A stretch of DNA of 64,000 nt. Origin: Terriglobia bacterium (GTDB lineage Bacteria > Acidobacteriota > Terriglobia > 20CM-2-55-15). Location: positions 96,001 through 160,000 of the forward strand of contig CBDCLE010000025.1 of the NCBI GenBank assembly GCA_965218585.1, read 5' to 3'. The translations under genes were made by a program, and so were the position numbers. Shown in pieces: positions 20,387 through 30,578 of this stretch. Under the pieces are notes generated by a model. That model saw nothing but the letters and a program-made list of their open reading frames with translations, was not told the DNA's origin and did no database searches. The first letter of the stretch is position 1. Each line of letters starts with the position of its first letter.

Positions 20387-20947
20387 ATGCCGACGAAAGC
20401 GGAAATCGCGCAGGTAAAAGAAAGAATGGGAAAGGCGGTAGAGGACCTCAGGCGCGAGCTTGCGTCCATTCGAACCGGGCGCGCTTCGCTCTCTCTGTTT
20501 GACAACATCGTGGTCGATTACTATGGCGTGCCGACACCCATCAATCAGGTCGCAACGTTATCGATCCCGGAACCGAGCCTGATTACCCTACAGGCCTACG
20601 ATGTCTCTCTTATCGGCGCTATTGAAAAAGCGATTCTCGCATCCGACCTGGGTCTGAATCCGGCCAATGACGGGCGCCTGATCCGGATCCCCATTCCTCC
20701 ACTAAACGAAGAAAGACGGCAACAGTTAGCCAAACACGTCCACAAGGTCCTTGAAGATCACCGGACAGCTGTTCGGAATATTCGTCGGGACGGAAACGAG
20801 ACCATGAAAAAACATCTCAAGAACAAGGAGATGTCTGAGGACGACGAGCATCGCGCGCTGGATGAAATCCAGAAACTCACCGACGAGTACATCGGTAAAC
20901 TGGAAGAGATCGCCAAGACCAAGGAAGAAGAAATCCTCACCGTCTGA
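20387..20947 (+). CDS. frr: Ribosome recycling factor
   Basis: IRTGRA, VDYYG, LGLNP and AVRNIRR. Confidence 0.98.
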   Translation: MPTKAEIAQVKERMGKAVEDLRRELASIRTGRASLSLFDNIVVDYYGVPTPINQVATLSIPEPSLITLQAYDVSLIGAIEKAILASDLGLNPANDGRLIRIPIPPLNEERRQQLAKHVHKVLEDHRTAVRNIRRDGNETMKKHLKNKEMSEDDEHRALDEIQKLTDEYIGKLEEIAKTKEEEILTV

Positions 20948-20966
20948 CTTCCCGTACCAAATCTGT

Positions 20967-21015
20967 AACGCAGAGAGCGCAGAGGCCGCAGTAAGACCGT
21001 CTTTATCTCTGCGTT
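20967..21015. repeat. REP-like palindrome between convergent frr and tsaD
   Basis: AACGCAGAGA ... TCTCTGCGTT arms, with three CGCAG units at 9-bp period. Confidence 0.5.
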
Positions 21016-21021
21016 TAGGAT

Positions 21022-22104
21022 TCAGACTTTCCAGCGGCCCTTTTTCGAAGGGGCAGGAGTCGGGGCGAGTCTGAGGGAAGGGTCGGCGTCAAGGTCGTAC
21101 CGGGAAGTCTCTCCGCGCTCAAGTTTGAAACTTCCTGCTGCCGCGATCATGACTGCATTGTCGGTCGTAAGGACCGGTTTCGGACAGAAGAAACCCAAAC
21201 TGCGTTCGAGGGTCGCTTCACCCAGTGCCTCCCGCAAGCGAGAATTCGCTGCGACCCCTCCAGAAAGCAGTATGGACTTGGGTTTCAAGTCACCGGAGGC
21301 CTCCATGGTCCTCGAAACGAGAGCATCGACGACTCCCTCTTGAAATCCGGCCAGTAGATCCAGACGCTGCTGGTCAGCCCGCGTTGCGGCTTCGTCCATG
21401 GGCTCGAGACCTTCTTCCTTTACGATCCGTAATACCGCAGTCTTGATGCCGCTGAAGCTAAAATCCAGTGTCTGATCGGAAATCTTGGCAACTGGGAATC
21501 GCCAGACATTCCGCTTCCCGAGTGCGGCAAGACGATCGATAACCGGTCCGCCCGGGTAGGACAATCCAAGGAGCTTGGCCACTTTGTCGTAGGCTTCACC
21601 GGCAGCATCGTCACGGGTCTTCCCGACCAATCGATAGTTCAGGCACGACCAATCCCCGGATTCCGACTCAACCCAGAACAGGTTCGTATGCCCGCCCGAC
21701 ACGACAAGCGCCAGAGCGGGAAATTCCGCGTCGGGATGTTCAATAGAAACCGAATAAATGTGACCTTCAATGTGGTCCACGCCAACCATCGGCTTACCGG
21801 CAGCGAACGCTATGGCCTTAGCGTATGTCAGACCAACCAAGAGAGAGCCGATCAGTCCCGGTCCATGCGTCACCGCGATCCCGTCCACCTCGTCCAGGGT
21901 CGTACCCGCTAGGGAGAAAGCTTCCTCCACGATAGGTCTGATCTTCTTGATATGCTCTCGCGAAGCGAGCTCGGGGACGATCCCGCCATACAGACGGTGT
22001 GTGTCCACCTGGGAATGAATCACGCTCGATAAAACTACACGATGGTCTGCCACCACAGCCGCAGCAGTTTCATCGCAGGAAGTCTCAATACCCAGTACCA
22101 ACAC
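21022..22104 (-). CDS. tsaD: tRNA threonylcarbamoyladenosine transferase TsaD
   Basis: GIETSCDETA, HIEGH, SGGHT, DDAAGEAYDK and DNAVMIA. Confidence 0.97.
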   Translation of the reverse strand: MLVLGIETSCDETAAAVVADHRVVLSSVIHSQVDTHRLYGGIVPELASREHIKKIRPIVEEAFSLAGTTLDEVDGIAVTHGPGLIGSLLVGLTYAKAIAFAAGKPMVGVDHIEGHIYSVSIEHPDAEFPALALVVSGGHTNLFWVESESGDWSCLNYRLVGKTRDDAAGEAYDKVAKLLGLSYPGGPVIDRLAALGKRNVWRFPVAKISDQTLDFSFSGIKTAVLRIVKEEGLEPMDEAATRADQQRLDLLAGFQEGVVDALVSRTMEASGDLKPKSILLSGGVAANSRLREALGEATLERSLGFFCPKPVLTTDNAVMIAAAGSFKLERGETSRYDLDADPSLRLAPTPAPSKKGRWKV

Positions 22105-22119
22105 TACAGAAGCGTGCCT

Positions 22120-23172
22120 CTATGTGGCCGACGCAAGACGTGGCAGGGAATCCTCATACGGGGGGTGTGCAACGCCATGATCGGTAATGATCGCCGTCAC
22201 GAACTCAGAGGGAGTCACGTCGAAGGCAGGATTGAAAGCCGTCACCTCTTCTGGCACGACCCGTACTCCACCGAACGTGGTGACCTCTGAAGGATCTCGC
22301 TGTTCTATCGGTATGTCTGAACCATGCGCTATCGACAGGTCGAGCGTAGACAACGGGGCAGCGACATAAAAGGGAATATCGTGTTGCTTCGCCAGCACCG
22401 CGACTGTATATGTTCCAATCTTGTTGGCGACGTCACCGTTGCGCGCGATGCGATCCGCTCCCACGATGACCGCGTCAATCAATCCCTGGTGCATGAAGGC
22501 GCCCGACATATTATCGGAGATCACGCGTACATCTATCTCGTCCTTCCACAATTCCCAAGCGGTCAGCCGTGCACCCTGCAAGAAGGGGCGTGTCTCATCG
22601 GCCAAAACATGCAGGCGTTTACCACTCTCTACCGCCGCCCGAATGACACCCAAGGCTGTGCCGTAACCGGCGGTCGCCAGGGCACCGGCGTTGCAGTGCG
22701 TCAACACGGTCCCCCCCGATGGCATAAACTCCATGCCGAACTGTCCCATCCTCTTGTTGCTGGCGATATCTTCGTCCTGTATCGCAAGCGCTTCGGCGAC
22801 CAATTCCCGGCGCACGACATCGAGGTCCTGTCCGTCGTCCATCAAGGACTCGAATTTCCGCGTCATCCTGTCGGCCGCCCAGAACAGATTTACAGCTGTC
22901 GGACGTGTTTCTGAAATTGTTTGAACGATTTCTCGAAAATCCGAGCGGATACGTTCAGAGTCCTCGGCTTCAGAATCCTTTATCCCCAAAGCAATCCCCA
23001 TTGCTGCTGCGACTCCGATTGCAGGCGCTCCTCGAATTACCATCGACCGAATCGCTTCGGCCACGTCCTCATAGGTCTCAAATACCGGATACTCTTCAAC
23101 AGTCGGCAACTTGCGCTGGTCAATCATGCGCACGCCCCGATCGGTCCATTCAATCGTCTTGATCATCGACAC
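22120..23172 (-). CDS. mtnA: S-methyl-5-thioribose-1-phosphate isomerase
   Basis: [25 protein letters not shown] and ETRPFLQG. Confidence 0.96.
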   Translation of the reverse strand: MSMIKTIEWTDRGVRMIDQRKLPTVEEYPVFETYEDVAEAIRSMVIRGAPAIGVAAAMGIALGIKDSEAEDSERIRSDFREIVQTISETRPTAVNLFWAADRMTRKFESLMDDGQDLDVVRRELVAEALAIQDEDIASNKRMGQFGMEFMPSGGTVLTHCNAGALATAGYGTALGVIRAAVESGKRLHVLADETRPFLQGARLTAWELWKDEIDVRVISDNMSGAFMHQGLIDAVIVGADRIARNGDVANKIGTYTVAVLAKQHDIPFYVAAPLSTLDLSIAHGSDIPIEQRDPSEVTTFGGVRVVPEEVTAFNPAFDVTPSEFVTAIITDHGVAHPPYEDSLPRLASAT

Positions 23173-23388
23173 TCGTTGTTCGTTGGTTGACCGCTATTTC
23201 AAACCAATCATTTTAGCAGCCCCTCCGGACCACGATTCAAGGAGTGTGCTAAATTTGGCAGTGGGATCTTGAGATCCTCCTCTATAGGTGCGCTCTGGGA
23301 CCGCACAAGAAGCACGCTTGTGCATCGTGTGGTCACATAGACTGCATCTACAGCTGACAAGACCCACTACCACCAACGCTGGGCACAC

Positions 23389-24843
23389 ATGAGCCATAAG
23401 TACATGACAGTTATCGGGCTTGAGTGCCACGCGCAACTACTGACCGAATCGAAGCTGTTCTGCTCGTGCTCGACCCGCTTTGGTCAGGATCCGAATTTCA
23501 ATACGTGTCCGGTTTGTCTGGGTCTGCCCGGAGCGCTACCGGTGCTCAACCAGGGGGCCCTGGCGATGGCTGTTCGAGCGGCGCTGGCGCTCGACTGTAC
23601 GGTGAACCCGGTGTCGCAATGGTCTCGGAAGAACTATTTCTATCCGGATCTACCTAAGGGATATCAGATTTCGCAATTTGACAGACCTATCGCTGAACAT
23701 GGACATCTGGATGTCAGTCTCAACGGAAACGTCCGGGCCGTCCGAATCCAACGCATCCACATGGAAGAGGACGCAGGGAAATCCTTGCATGAAGGTTTCC
23801 CTGATTCCGATTCGACGACCTACGTCGACCTGAATCGGAGCGGCGTCCCGCTCGTCGAGATTGTTACTCATCCCGACATTCGGTCATCCGAAGAAGCCCA
23901 GGAATACCTGGCCCGATTGAAGCAAATTCTTGAGTATCTGGAAGTCTGCGACGGCAACATGGAGGAAGGAAGTCTTCGATGTGACGCCAATGTCTCGATC
24001 TGCCCTAAAGGATCGGCTGAGTACGGAACCCGAACCGAACTCAAAAACATCAACTCCTTTCGCTTTCTCGGCAAAGCTATCGACTACGAGGTAAAGCGCC
24101 AGATTGATCTTGTAGAAGGCGGCGAACGAGTTGTCCAGGAAACACGCCTGTGGAACAGTACTGAAGAACGAACCGTTTCCATGCGCAGCAAAGAAGAAGC
24201 ACATGATTATCGATACTTTCCTGAACCCGATCTTCCTCTTCTGAAACTCGATACGGCTTGGATAGAGGGAATCCAAAGTTCTCAACCTGAGCTCCCCGCC
24301 GCCCGTTCCAGGAGATTCGTAGAAACCTACTCGCTATCTACCTACGATGCAGAAATTCTTACTTCGACTCGATCACTTGCAGATTATTTCGAGTCCGCGG
24401 TTGAATTTTGTGACAAACCGAAAGGCGTTGCCAACTGGATGATGGGGGATCTGCTGCGCTTGTTGAAAGAAGACGGAATTGACCTGAAGCATATGAATTC
24501 AGTTACGGTAAAACCTCAGATGTTGGCCGAAATGATTCAACTTATTGAAAAGGGCACGATATCCGGAAAGATCGCCAAGTCCGTCCTTGAAGAAATGTAC
24601 CGCTCGGGCCGATCACCTGCGGCTATCGTCGAGGAGAAGGGCCTGGAACAGATATCGGATTCGGGTGAAATCGAAAAAATTGTCGATGAAATTGTTTCCG
24701 CAAACCCCGGTCCAGCAGAACAATACCGATCCGGAAAGACAGGAACAATCGGATGGTTTGTTGGTCAGGTGATGAAGGCTACTCAGGGTCGCGCAAATCC
24801 GAAAAGCGTGAATGAGCTTCTTCGGAAGAAACTTGCGAGTTAG
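23389..24843 (+). CDS. gatB: Asp/Glu-tRNA amidotransferase subunit B
   Basis: GLECHAQL, RKNYFYPDLPKGYQISQ, EEDAGK, RCDANVS and YRYFPEPDL. Confidence 0.98.
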   Translation: MSHKYMTVIGLECHAQLLTESKLFCSCSTRFGQDPNFNTCPVCLGLPGALPVLNQGALAMAVRAALALDCTVNPVSQWSRKNYFYPDLPKGYQISQFDRPIAEHGHLDVSLNGNVRAVRIQRIHMEEDAGKSLHEGFPDSDSTTYVDLNRSGVPLVEIVTHPDIRSSEEAQEYLARLKQILEYLEVCDGNMEEGSLRCDANVSICPKGSAEYGTRTELKNINSFRFLGKAIDYEVKRQIDLVEGGERVVQETRLWNSTEERTVSMRSKEEAHDYRYFPEPDLPLLKLDTAWIEGIQSSQPELPAARSRRFVETYSLSTYDAEILTSTRSLADYFESAVEFCDKPKGVANWMMGDLLRLLKEDGIDLKHMNSVTVKPQMLAEMIQLIEKGTISGKIAKSVLEEMYRSGRSPAAIVEEKGLEQISDSGEIEKIVDEIVSANPGPAEQYRSGKTGTIGWFVGQVMKATQGRANPKSVNELLRKKLAS

Positions 24844-24872
24844 AAACTTTAAAGGTATAGTCCCCCGAATAT

Positions 24873-25145
24873 ATGAGCGTTCACGACCCACGAAAGAAGC
24901 AGATCTCTGAGTTTTATCGTCAGGAGTTCATTCGACACAAGTCCCGATTGGAAACTCAGCGCTCTTTTTTCGCTGAACAGACTTATGGAGAGATCGAGTC
25001 TGTCCTGGACAAAATCATTGAAGAAATGGACAAGATCTCTCAGGTTGACAACTTTGAAGAGCTTGCCAGCCATCTATTGCACCGCATCGACATCGTCACA
25101 AGCCTGTCGGCTTCAAAAGTCGACCCTTCCTACAAAGTTCACTAA
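24873..25145 (+). CDS. Small hypothetical helical protein
   Basis: 90-aa ORF filling the gap after gatB; no recognised motif. Confidence 0.65.
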   Translation: MSVHDPRKKQISEFYRQEFIRHKSRLETQRSFFAEQTYGEIESVLDKIIEEMDKISQVDNFEELASHLLHRIDIVTSLSASKVDPSYKVH

Positions 25146-25225
25146 CAGCCATCCGCTGTCGGCTTTCAGTTATCGGCTATGAAGCGGGAAGGCAAGTCGG
25201 ACACGTTCGTTTGATAGCTGATCGA
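25146..25225. repeat. Degenerate heptamer tandem repeat with partial inverted copy
   Basis: CAGCCAT CCGCTGT CGGCTTT CAGTTAT CGGCTAT (25146-25180) and TGATAGC TGATCGA (25212-25225). Confidence 0.45.
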
Positions 25226-25233
25226 GGAAGAGC

Positions 25234-25623
25234 TTACTCGGCAACGGCGATACAGTCCACCTCGACGCCAACCCCCAACGGAAGAGCTGCGACCTCAACT
25301 GCGGCACGGGCTGGCGGTGCGCTCTTAAAGAATTCCGCATACACCTCATTCATGTCCCCAAAGTTTTTCATGTCGTCGAGGTAAACCGTAGCCTTGACGA
25401 CGTCACCTGTGGACAGTCCCGCCGCACTCAGAATTCCCTGTACGTTTAGGAGGGCGCGCCGAGTCTGAGCTTTAATCGAAAGGTCCCCGATTAGTTTACC
25501 TGTAGCCGGGTCAAGCCGAATCTGCCCGGAAATGAAAACGAGATTCCCGGAACGGACGGCCTGAGAATAGGGACCAATAGCTTGCGGCCCCAAGGGCGTA
25601 GAGATCACTTTCTTTGTTGTCAT
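25234..25623 (-). CDS. ridA: RidA/YjgF family reactive intermediate deaminase
   Basis: AIGPYSQA, ISGQI, MNEVY and PARAAVEVAALP. Confidence 0.92.
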   Translation of the reverse strand: MTTKKVISTPLGPQAIGPYSQAVRSGNLVFISGQIRLDPATGKLIGDLSIKAQTRRALLNVQGILSAAGLSTGDVVKATVYLDDMKNFGDMNEVYAEFFKSAPPARAAVEVAALPLGVGVEVDCIAVAE

Positions 25624-25662
25624 AAGAAACTCTAACTTTCAGTAATGAATGATGGCAGAACT

Positions 25663-27840
25663 CTACGGTGTCACGCTCTTCACGGGCTTGGGTGACCTCA
25701 TGACGTCGTAAATGCCTTCAAGTTGGCGGATGGAACCGATAACTTTCTCGAGGTGTTTCATGTCCGGAATCTCGACCGTCATGTCGATAACTCCGCGTTC
25801 TTCGTCGGTGCGGGCGGACAGGTCCAGAATATTCGCATGGATGTCAGAAACCGCTGACGAAATTTCCGCAAGAATTCCCGGCCGGTCCCTGCTAACAACA
25901 GCTAAATGGACCGCATAGGATTCCTGGCTCTCCGGACGGCCAGCCCACTCCACGTCAATTCTCCGTTCCGGCTCATACATGAGATTCTGGACATTCGGAC
26001 AGTCCTTCGAGTGGACCGAAACACCCTTGCCTCGCGTTATAAAACCGACGATATTTTCTCCGCGAATGGGATTGCAGCACTTGGCTCTGTAGACCAACAG
26101 GTCGTCCATGCCCTTGACCTGGATCTTTACGTTTTCACCGAGCCCCAGAACCCGCTTCACAACAGAGCCAATCTTCGATTCTGGCGTTGCGGTTGATTTC
26201 AGCAATTCGGGCTCTGCCTTTTCCAGAACGGCGCGGACCGAGATCTTGCCATAACCAATCCCGGAAAATAAATCTTCCAGCTTACTGCATCCGTATTCCG
26301 GGGCCACTTCCAGCAAGCGGTCGTTCTGGATCAATTCCTTTATGTTGACTTTGTACTTACGCGCTTCCTTTTCCAGCAGTTTCCGCCCGAGCTCGACCGA
26401 CTTCTTCCGCTCTTGTACGGTAAGCCAATGTCGAATCTTGTTTCGAGCGCGGGAGGTCTTGACGAAGTTCAGCCAGTCACGGCTCGGCGTGTGACCTGTC
26501 TGAGTGACGATCTCGACGATGTCTCCATTCGTAAGGCGCGTTTTCAGTGGCAGAAGACGGCCATTGATCTTAGATCCTACGCACGTGTTGCCGACTTCCG
26601 TGTGGATTGCGTAAGCGAAATCAACGGGTGTTGCATCGCTCGGAAGCGTAACGACTTTACCCCGGGGAGTAAACGTGTAGACTTCCTCCGGATAGAGATC
26701 CACCTTGAGTGTGCTCAGGAAGTCCGTCGGATCCTTCATCTCCTGTTGCCACTCCACCAGGTGACGTAGCCAGGAGACACGTTGGTCTTCCCTGTTGTCG
26801 GCAACGAGCTTTCCATCCTTATACTTCCAGTGCGCAGCAATACCCTCTTCCGCAACTCGGTGCATTTCTTCCGTACGAATCTGGACTTCAAAAGGTTGCC
26901 CCTTGGCGATGACGGAGGTATGGAGAGACTGATACATGTTGGGTCGCGGCATCGCTATGAAATCTTTAATCCTTCCAGGAACGGGCCGCCACGTGTTGTG
27001 GATGATACCCAGGGCTGCGTAGCAGTTCTTAATGTCTTCGGTGACGATTCTGACAGCGAGCAAATCGTAAACCTGGTCGAGCGAGATATGCTGGCGGCGC
27101 AATTTCTGGTCGATCGAATAAATACGCTTGATTCGGGCTTCCGTTCTACACTGAATGTCGTGTTCCTGCATATTTTCTTCAACTACAGAACGCACCTCTT
27201 CAAGAAACGATTCGTTGAGTTTTCGTTTCTCTTCAAGAGTGTTCTTCAAACCTGTATATGATTTCGGATCGAGAAAACTGAACGCGAGATCCTCTAATTC
27301 TCCTCTAACTCTTCCCATTCCCAGCCGGTGGGCAAGGGGTGAGTAAATTTCCAACGTTTCTCTTGCTATGGCTTCACGCCGGGACGCCTTGAGATGACGC
27401 AGTGTGCGCATGTTGTGAAGACGGTCGGCCAACTTCACTATAATTACGCGAATGTCGTCGCTCATCGCGAGCAACATCTTGCGGAAGTTCTCTGCCTGTT
27501 TCTCTTCCGTCGAGGTAAAGTAGATCTGGCTTATCTTCGTGAGCGAATCGACGATGTGCGCGATCTCAGGACCGAACATTTCTTCCAGATGCTCCATCGT
27601 CGTCAGCGTATCTTCGACGACATCGTGAAGCAGCCCGACGCTCACCGTGACGGCATCCATCCTCATCTCAGCCAAAATGTTTGCCACTTCGAGCGGATGG
27701 GTCATATACGGTTCGCCTGAGGCGCGAACCTGTCCCTTGTGTTCTTTTGCCGAGAAGATGTAGGCCCGGCGTACGACGACTATGTCGTCGCCGGGATGGT
27801 TCTTGCTAACCTTCTCCAGAATTTGATCGACTCGGATCAT
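25663..27840 (-). CDS. relA: Bifunctional (p)ppGpp synthetase/hydrolase (long RSH)
   Basis: HD motif LLHDVVEDT, KLADRLHN, YQSLHT, EVQIRT, TGS (DFAYAIHT), AKCCNP and ACT domain. Confidence 0.96.
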   Translation of the reverse strand: MIRVDQILEKVSKNHPGDDIVVVRRAYIFSAKEHKGQVRASGEPYMTHPLEVANILAEMRMDAVTVSVGLLHDVVEDTLTTMEHLEEMFGPEIAHIVDSLTKISQIYFTSTEEKQAENFRKMLLAMSDDIRVIIVKLADRLHNMRTLRHLKASRREAIARETLEIYSPLAHRLGMGRVRGELEDLAFSFLDPKSYTGLKNTLEEKRKLNESFLEEVRSVVEENMQEHDIQCRTEARIKRIYSIDQKLRRQHISLDQVYDLLAVRIVTEDIKNCYAALGIIHNTWRPVPGRIKDFIAMPRPNMYQSLHTSVIAKGQPFEVQIRTEEMHRVAEEGIAAHWKYKDGKLVADNREDQRVSWLRHLVEWQQEMKDPTDFLSTLKVDLYPEEVYTFTPRGKVVTLPSDATPVDFAYAIHTEVGNTCVGSKINGRLLPLKTRLTNGDIVEIVTQTGHTPSRDWLNFVKTSRARNKIRHWLTVQERKKSVELGRKLLEKEARKYKVNIKELIQNDRLLEVAPEYGCSKLEDLFSGIGYGKISVRAVLEKAEPELLKSTATPESKIGSVVKRVLGLGENVKIQVKGMDDLLVYRAKCCNPIRGENIVGFITRGKGVSVHSKDCPNVQNLMYEPERRIDVEWAGRPESQESYAVHLAVVSRDRPGILAEISSAVSDIHANILDLSARTDEERGVIDMTVEIPDMKHLEKVIGSIRQLEGIYDVMRSPKPVKSVTP

Positions 27841-27979
27841 GGCTCAAATTCAATCTCAGACGGATAAGCTTATTGTAGCTCTAAAGCCAAATTAGGGAGA
27901 GTCTTAGATGGAAGGGGGCAGGTGGGACAGCTGAGAGTGACTGGCGTCGAGCGGTTCATTCTCTTTACCCCTCTTAACC

Positions 27980-28008
27980 AAAAAAGAGCCACCCGAAGGT
28001 GGCTCTTT
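27980..28008 (-). terminator. Intrinsic terminator of the tonB-exbBDD-TPR unit
   Basis: Minus strand AAAGAGCCACC-TTCG-GGTGGCTCTTTTTT. Confidence 0.85.
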
Positions 28009-28030
28009 CCAATCTGTGTACGACTCGAGA

Positions 28031-28831
28031 TTACTCTACAGGGAGCCCTGCAGCAGCCAGCTCGGCATTCCGCTGACGCGTTTCCAGAGCCCGGTTGAAC
28101 CAATCATCGGCCATGGCCAGAAGCTCATCTCTCTGGGCCAATGCTTCCTCGTCTTCCGAATCTTCAGAGATCAATTCAGCAGCCTGACGGTAGAGTAGGT
28201 TCTTGTAGCTCATTGCATCTTCGTAATTCCCGCGGATCTCCAGCGCACGGTCGAGGTGCATCTGGCCCTCCTCGATCAGGCTGGCGATGTCTTCAGCTGT
28301 GACTGCATCGGGATCAATTTCTTCAGATTCTTCGCCGTCGTCCGCGACAGCCAATCGTGGCAGCTCGCTAAACACGATCATCCAATTAACACTACCCACG
28401 CTGTAATGCGCGACCGGGTCGTCCGGAGCGATTTCAGCCTGGCGTACATAACTCTCACGGGCTAGATCGAGTCGGTTCGTATTCTGGTAAATGCTGGCCA
28501 GTCCCGCAATGGCTGTCGTATTGGTCGGTTCTTTCTCGAGAACGCTCTCGAAAGTCGCAAGAGCCAGATCCGCGTTCCGCTGGTTCTCTTCACCCACTGC
28601 ACCTGGAACGAACTGCTGCAGGTATGCCATTCCCAGATACAGCTCGGCGTTTGTCAGCTCCGGATCAAGCCGAGTGGATTCCGCGAAAAACTCGACTGCG
28701 CTCTCATACTCGGACGCGCCGAAGGCCTGAACGCCCTTGTTGAGATTGTCCCTCGCCCTGAGCTGGTCACAGCCGACCATGCCCAGCGTCAACAAGCCGA
28801 CGAGAACGAAAAGGAATTTCTTGTCCCGCAT
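28031..28831 (-). CDS. TPR-repeat lipoprotein associated with TonB/ExbBD
   Basis: Lipobox-like MVGC after a hydrophobic signal; TPR helices. Confidence 0.8.
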   Translation of the reverse strand: MRDKKFLFVLVGLLTLGMVGCDQLRARDNLNKGVQAFGASEYESAVEFFAESTRLDPELTNAELYLGMAYLQQFVPGAVGEENQRNADLALATFESVLEKEPTNTTAIAGLASIYQNTNRLDLARESYVRQAEIAPDDPVAHYSVGSVNWMIVFSELPRLAVADDGEESEEIDPDAVTAEDIASLIEEGQMHLDRALEIRGNYEDAMSYKNLLYRQAAELISEDSEDEEALAQRDELLAMADDWFNRALETRQRNAELAAAGLPVE

Positions 28832-28850
28832 CTAATCCTCACCTCCGACT

Positions 28851-29294
28851 CTAATTACCACCAGTGATGTCCGCCGTTATCTGCTCGGTCATCAGGCCGA
28901 CCTTGTCAACACCCGACCCCTTCGCAATATCGATCACCTGGATCACGTCGTTGAAAAGAAGCTCTGGATCCGCGTTGACGAAGATCGTCCGGTCGTTGCG
29001 GGTCTTGAAGATGTCCTGCAACTGCGTGCCCAGGGTTCTGAGGTCCGACTGATCCTGGTTGATCATAATCTGATTGCGATCGTCGATCGTCACCACAACC
29101 GTCCGATTCTCTTCATCCGGCGGTGGTGGCGGTGTGCCCGGCGGCGGCGGCTGCGGCACCGCCGTATCCAACCCACTAGGCGTCAGGGGCGTGATAACCA
29201 TGAAAATAACCAGCAGCACCAACAGCACATCTATCAGCGGGGTGATGTTGATATCGGACTTCGATTCAAGTTTCTTGCCAAGTTTAGCTGCCAT
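28851..29294 (-). CDS. exbD: ExbD/TolR biopolymer transport protein
   Basis: INITPLIDVLLVLLVIFM. Confidence 0.93.
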   Translation of the reverse strand: MAAKLGKKLESKSDINITPLIDVLLVLLVIFMVITPLTPSGLDTAVPQPPPPGTPPPPPDEENRTVVVTIDDRNQIMINQDQSDLRTLGTQLQDIFKTRNDRTIFVNADPELLFNDVIQVIDIAKGSGVDKVGLMTEQITADITGGN

Positions 29295-29308
29295 CGGCTC
29301 CTCCTCCG

Positions 29309-29743
29309 TTACTGACGAATGGCAGAGTCCAGCCGTTCCGTCAACAAACCGATCCGATCGACGCCAGCCGAACGAACAGAATCCACAACCGCCACGACAT
29401 CACCATACCGGGACCGGAAATCGCTCTTGACGTATACCGTCTTGTCGAGCCTTTCCGCCAGCATGTTGACGACAAGCGTCGGCAACTCCGCAAGAGTCAC
29501 AGCGTTCTGCGCCAGGAAGAAATTGCCGTCGCGGGTCACCGACACCAGAACGGCATCTTCCGCATCGGCTTCCTGCATGTCCACGGGGTTGTTCGTCTGA
29601 GCCATCTCAACAGTAACGCCCTTCTGCAGCATGGGCGTAATGACCATGAAAATAATCAACAGGACCAGCATGACATCCGCCATCGGCGTCACGTTGATCT
29701 CAGAGCTTACCTTGCCGCGTTCTCCGCCGCCTGACATAGCCAT
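29309..29743 (-). CDS. exbD: ExbD/TolR biopolymer transport protein
   Basis: INVTPMADVMLVLLIIFM. Confidence 0.93.
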   Translation of the reverse strand: MAMSGGGERGKVSSEINVTPMADVMLVLLIIFMVITPMLQKGVTVEMAQTNNPVDMQEADAEDAVLVSVTRDGNFFLAQNAVTLAELPTLVVNMLAERLDKTVYVKSDFRSRYGDVVAVVDSVRSAGVDRIGLLTERLDSAIRQ

Positions 29744-29749
29744 GGCTGT

Positions 29750-30466
29750 TTATCCTCGCTTCTTTATGAAGTAGTCGATCAACTCGGAAGACGAATTGGT
29801 CATCTCGATCTGGAAGGCTTCCACGCGGTTGGTGAACGCGTTATACGCCCAAACCGCGGGAACCGCAACGAAGAGACCAAACGCGGTCGCGACCAGCGCC
29901 TCGGAAATACCACCAGCAACTGCAGAAAGACCGGCCGTCTGCTCGCTCGACATTCCCTGGAAGGCGTTGATGATACCGACCGTAGTTCCGAAGAGTCCCA
30001 CAAACGGCGCGGTCGCGCCGATCGTCGCCAGACCCGACAGGCCGCGTTTCAACTCGGCGTTGACGATCGCCTCCGCACGTTCACAGGCGCGACGAGAGGA
30101 TTCGATCTGCTCTCCAGACAAATCCGACGAGACCCCTTGCGACCGAAACTCCTGCAGACCGGCTTCAACGACTTTGGCGAGATGGCTGCGTTTACTCTGT
30201 TCGGCGACGCTGATCGCTTCTTCGATCTTGCCTTCCTTGAGGCAACCCGCAACGGCCGGCGCAAATTCCCGGGACTGTTTCCGGGCCTGGCTGAAGGCAA
30301 TGTAACGGTCAACCATCACACCAAAGGACCACATGGACATGAGTGCCAGGAGGACAACCACGGCCTTGGCCGTGAGACCCATCTGCGCCCACATAGAACG
30401 CAGGTCGAAACCAACTGTCTCCTGGAGCAGCAACATACCCATAAAGTTGAGCTTAAAGAGCATCAT
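29750..30466 (-). CDS. exbB: MotA/TolQ/ExbB proton channel protein
   Basis: [16 protein letters not shown] and [13 protein letters not shown]. Confidence 0.93.
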   Translation of the reverse strand: MMLFKLNFMGMLLLQETVGFDLRSMWAQMGLTAKAVVVLLALMSMWSFGVMVDRYIAFSQARKQSREFAPAVAGCLKEGKIEEAISVAEQSKRSHLAKVVEAGLQEFRSQGVSSDLSGEQIESSRRACERAEAIVNAELKRGLSGLATIGATAPFVGLFGTTVGIINAFQGMSSEQTAGLSAVAGGISEALVATAFGLFVAVPAVWAYNAFTNRVEAFQIEMTNSSSELIDYFIKKRG

Positions 30467-30578
30467 AAGATCAGAATCCTCCTACTGAATTCATAACTAA
30501 ATCTTTTCCGTACGCATTACTGCAATCAAAATCTTCTACTGAACTCGACCAACTATTTGACGGGAATCACCCGCAGGT

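Noticed and set aside
30470-30548. Near-duplicate AATCYTCYTACTGAA upstream of exbB
   Set aside because: Only two short imperfect copies; too weak to support a function.
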